Of a DNA stretch of 64,000 nt, positions 62,001 to 64,000 are shown piece by piece. Where the stretch lies: the NCBI GenBank assembly GCA_964035545.1, contig OZ037767.1:30582628-30646627 (forward strand), written 5' to 3'. How positions within the stretch are numbered: the first letter of the stretch is position 1; each line of letters begins with the position of its first letter. The notes under the pieces were generated by a model that searched no databases, was not told where the DNA came from, and saw only the letters and a program-made list of their open reading frames with translations. This DNA comes from Bugula neritina. Lineage: Eukaryota; Animalia; Bryozoa. The position numbers and the translations under genes were made by a program.

Positions 62001-64000
62001 AATTTTTGAAGAAAGAAAATTTTTAAAATTTTTCTGGAACTGCTAACCTGTGTGCTTATGCCAAAATATTAATCTCAGAAAAAATGAAACTCGTACTAGC
62101 AATAGTCTTCACACAAACCTTAAATTTCTACTGATTTTATGTGCTTGTTCTATATATCATGGAGACTACACCACGCCCGTCTGGGAGGAGACAACTTCAA
62201 AATACAAATGTCCCCAGAGGGCTTGTGAAAAGCCTCTATTTATAGAGTTATCCATAGTTTTACAACTGTAGCTATAAGTTGTTATTGAAATGGAGTTATC
62301 AACTCTTGTGTGGTCTAATTTTTACTCAAAAGACACAAAGTCTGTCCATACTTAGATGTTTCTGTGGGACATACTGCTGTTGCTATAAAGCCAGTCACAG
62401 TGTCTTTCTTTCTGTGATGAAAGCCGATCCGTAATTGGCTCTCTGCCCAAGGCTTTTCAGTTGCCTTGAAAAAGACTACCTGTAATTTAAGTACAGAATA
62501 TTCTGAACACAACTCCAACCTTCAATACATTTAGATATATTTTGAAAATTACAGTTAATTGTAGGTAACTTTACCCTTATGTTCTCTGTACACTAATATA
62601 ATTTGTTATGCTATGTTGACCATTACAGTGTTGAGACGCGACAAGAGATGCTGTCTAGGTAAATGCTCCTGAAAATTAGCTCTTTTAATCACTTAGATTC
62701 TTCCTGATTTGTTTCACCCTGAGACCTTCTCAATAGAGGTTTTGAATCCACCCCTTTTACATAAAGAAGATATAATGTTACTATATTGAATGCTAGCTTT
62801 AACTCTTAGTTATATGCATATCACTTCTACCGTACACTCTCTTCATGTAAACCCAGGTAATACCAGTTCCTATCACTTTTCTAACATTTTGAAGTGGCCA
62901 CTGCATTCATATTAACACCAAGTCTTGCCCACTATGAAATGTATCACTAACATTTCCATGGTAGCGCCATAGTGACTTGCTGTGCACACAAAATGTTATA
63001 AATTTTATGAGTGATTATGTATTTTTGAGTGGGTGTCTCCTTTTTAGTACACTAAATGCATGTGCTCTGTGTGACTGTACACTACTAATACTACTAATAC
63101 ATTGCAATATATTCTCTTCGCTACTAATACAGGACGTATATGGATAATAATGTATCTGTTATCAACATGTGAATCTACATTGCATCCCTATCTCTTAAAA
63201 TCTGCAAATTATAGTTTTCCTGATTCATTTATTTCATAATCACTTGTGATTTTAATCTGTTTTTTCACAATATGGCAGCTATTAACCTGATGGAAATTTT
63301 AATTCAGAATATAACCTGAGATCTAACAGACATACTAGCTAATCTATGGGTTGGGGAGGGGTTGCCCCCTAATTGCTACCTCTACGCTATGCTTACATGT
63401 TATACTGTGGAATATCTGGCTATACAACATCTCAGTGCTCTAGAATGTTCCCCCCCCCCCCAGTCCCTGACTGACTGGTTTCCCGTGTTTACAGGAAGTT
63501 GAGAGACTTGCATGAGGAAAAGTGGATCAGCAGAGTGACTGCGGGCTTCTGCTGTGCCTCCCTCAGAAAACCCAGCGATGTTAGTAGACATAATAAGTGT
63601 GATTTCTCTGACATCATATAAAATGTTCTAGAAGCAAGTTGACGCTTGTCTTCATGAAAAGAGAGAAGACAATTATCAGTTTTCTGCATCTGTAAACGAA
63701 TAATTAATAGCATACACTTTATATTTTAAACCTCTCAGGTTAAAGAAGTTTTACTTATGCCGAGTTTGGCATGTGGCAACTGTGAACAAGTGTCCTTGTG
63801 ACATCATCAGTAGGGCCTATTCATGCTTCTCAGACTTTTGTCAAGAATAATAAGCTTCAAACTAGCAAGACCTTAGGTATATTATACTAGCCTTTACTGT
63901 TGCAGCTGCTATGTCGTGTTTTGTGTATATAGAAAGCTGTGTTCAACAAGATCGCTATCCTATTGGCCGACTACTTTGATAAGGTGGATGTAGTTTTATC
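56065..64000 (+). CDS. DAGLA: sn1-specific diacylglycerol lipase (alpha-like), N-terminal four-TM region; continues beyond the window
   Basis: Coding exons 56065-56159 (MPGLVVFNRRWFIGSDDL), 57665-57882 (SAKGGVFD..ARHNIPALLYIR), 58186-58296, 59446-59593 (CFDSAGRTFTK), probable 30-nt exon 62629-62658, 63495-63579 (KWISRV..FCC), 63933 to the window end (IAILLADYFDKVDVVLS). The alpha versus beta assignment is tentative and rests on the FDxxGRTFxK motif. Confidence 0.9.
56184..57450 (+). repeat. Unclassified ~1.27-kb interspersed repeat, copy A (DAGL intron after coding exon 1)
   Basis: Near-identical reverse complement of 60975-62240; its first ~590 bp match 59804-60395. Confidence 0.92.
57868..58006 (+). 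repeat. 20-bp tandem repeat of the exon 2 donor junction (TTTATATACGTACAG|GTGAG), 7 copies
   Basis: GT at 57883, 57905, 57925, 57945, 57965, 57985 and 58005. Confidence 0.93.
58292..59300 (+). repeat. 33-bp minisatellite (CTGTAGTATATACTAGTACCTCTACTAACTCAC), about 30 copies, beginning at the exon 3 donor
   Basis: Tandem units read directly from the sequence; it explains the 11-aa periodic antisense ORF. Confidence 0.95.
59804..60395 (+). repeat. Truncated copy B of the DAGL intronic repeat (same orientation as copy A)
   Basis: Starts with the same AATAGAGGCTTTTCACAAGCCCTCTGGGG end and is more diverged distally. Confidence 0.9.
60975..62240 (-). repeat. Full-length inverted copy C of the DAGL intronic repeat
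   Basis: TGAAAAGTATTAAGCAGATTC...GCTTGTGAAAAGCCTCTATT is the reverse complement of 56184-57450. Confidence 0.92.

Noticed and set aside
56171-62271. Three near-identical short ORFs (MCLCQNINLRKNETR...)
   Set aside because: They come from the three copies of the intronic repeat, start at a non-ATG codon and show no recognisable domain.

Overview
AT-rich, intron-containing animal genomic DNA. It is probably an invertebrate; the ferritin IRE style fits a lophotrochozoan, but the species cannot be determined. Seven protein-coding genes can be built exon by exon from GT-AG sites and phase continuity. In order they are: the 3' half of a GH47 Golgi-type alpha-1,2-mannosidase (+); a secreted multi-domain pleiotrophin/midkine-like protein (+); METTL25 (+); an H-type ferritin with a canonical 5'UTR iron-responsive element (-); a RERG/RASL11/12-like small GTPase with a long C-terminal tail (-); RNF41/NRDP1 (-); and the 5' part of a diacylglycerol lipase, DAGLA-like (+). 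Mobile DNA comprises a hAT MITE with TIRs and an 8-bp TSD, a decayed CR1-type LINE fragment, and a ~1.27-kb intronic repeat present three times in DAGL. The most unusual feature is that many minisatellites sit at exon boundaries and are built from splice signals (duplicated 5' splice sites, GTAAGTAT ladders, TACTAAC...TAG units). In DAGL, two such arrays flanking exon 3 are reverse complements of each other. They are nested inside a 1.27-kb inverted repeat flanking exons 2-4, which total 477 nt and preserve frame. This suggests a nested RNA-structure mechanism for exon skipping or circularisation. All gene models are manual, and all functional proposals are untested inference.
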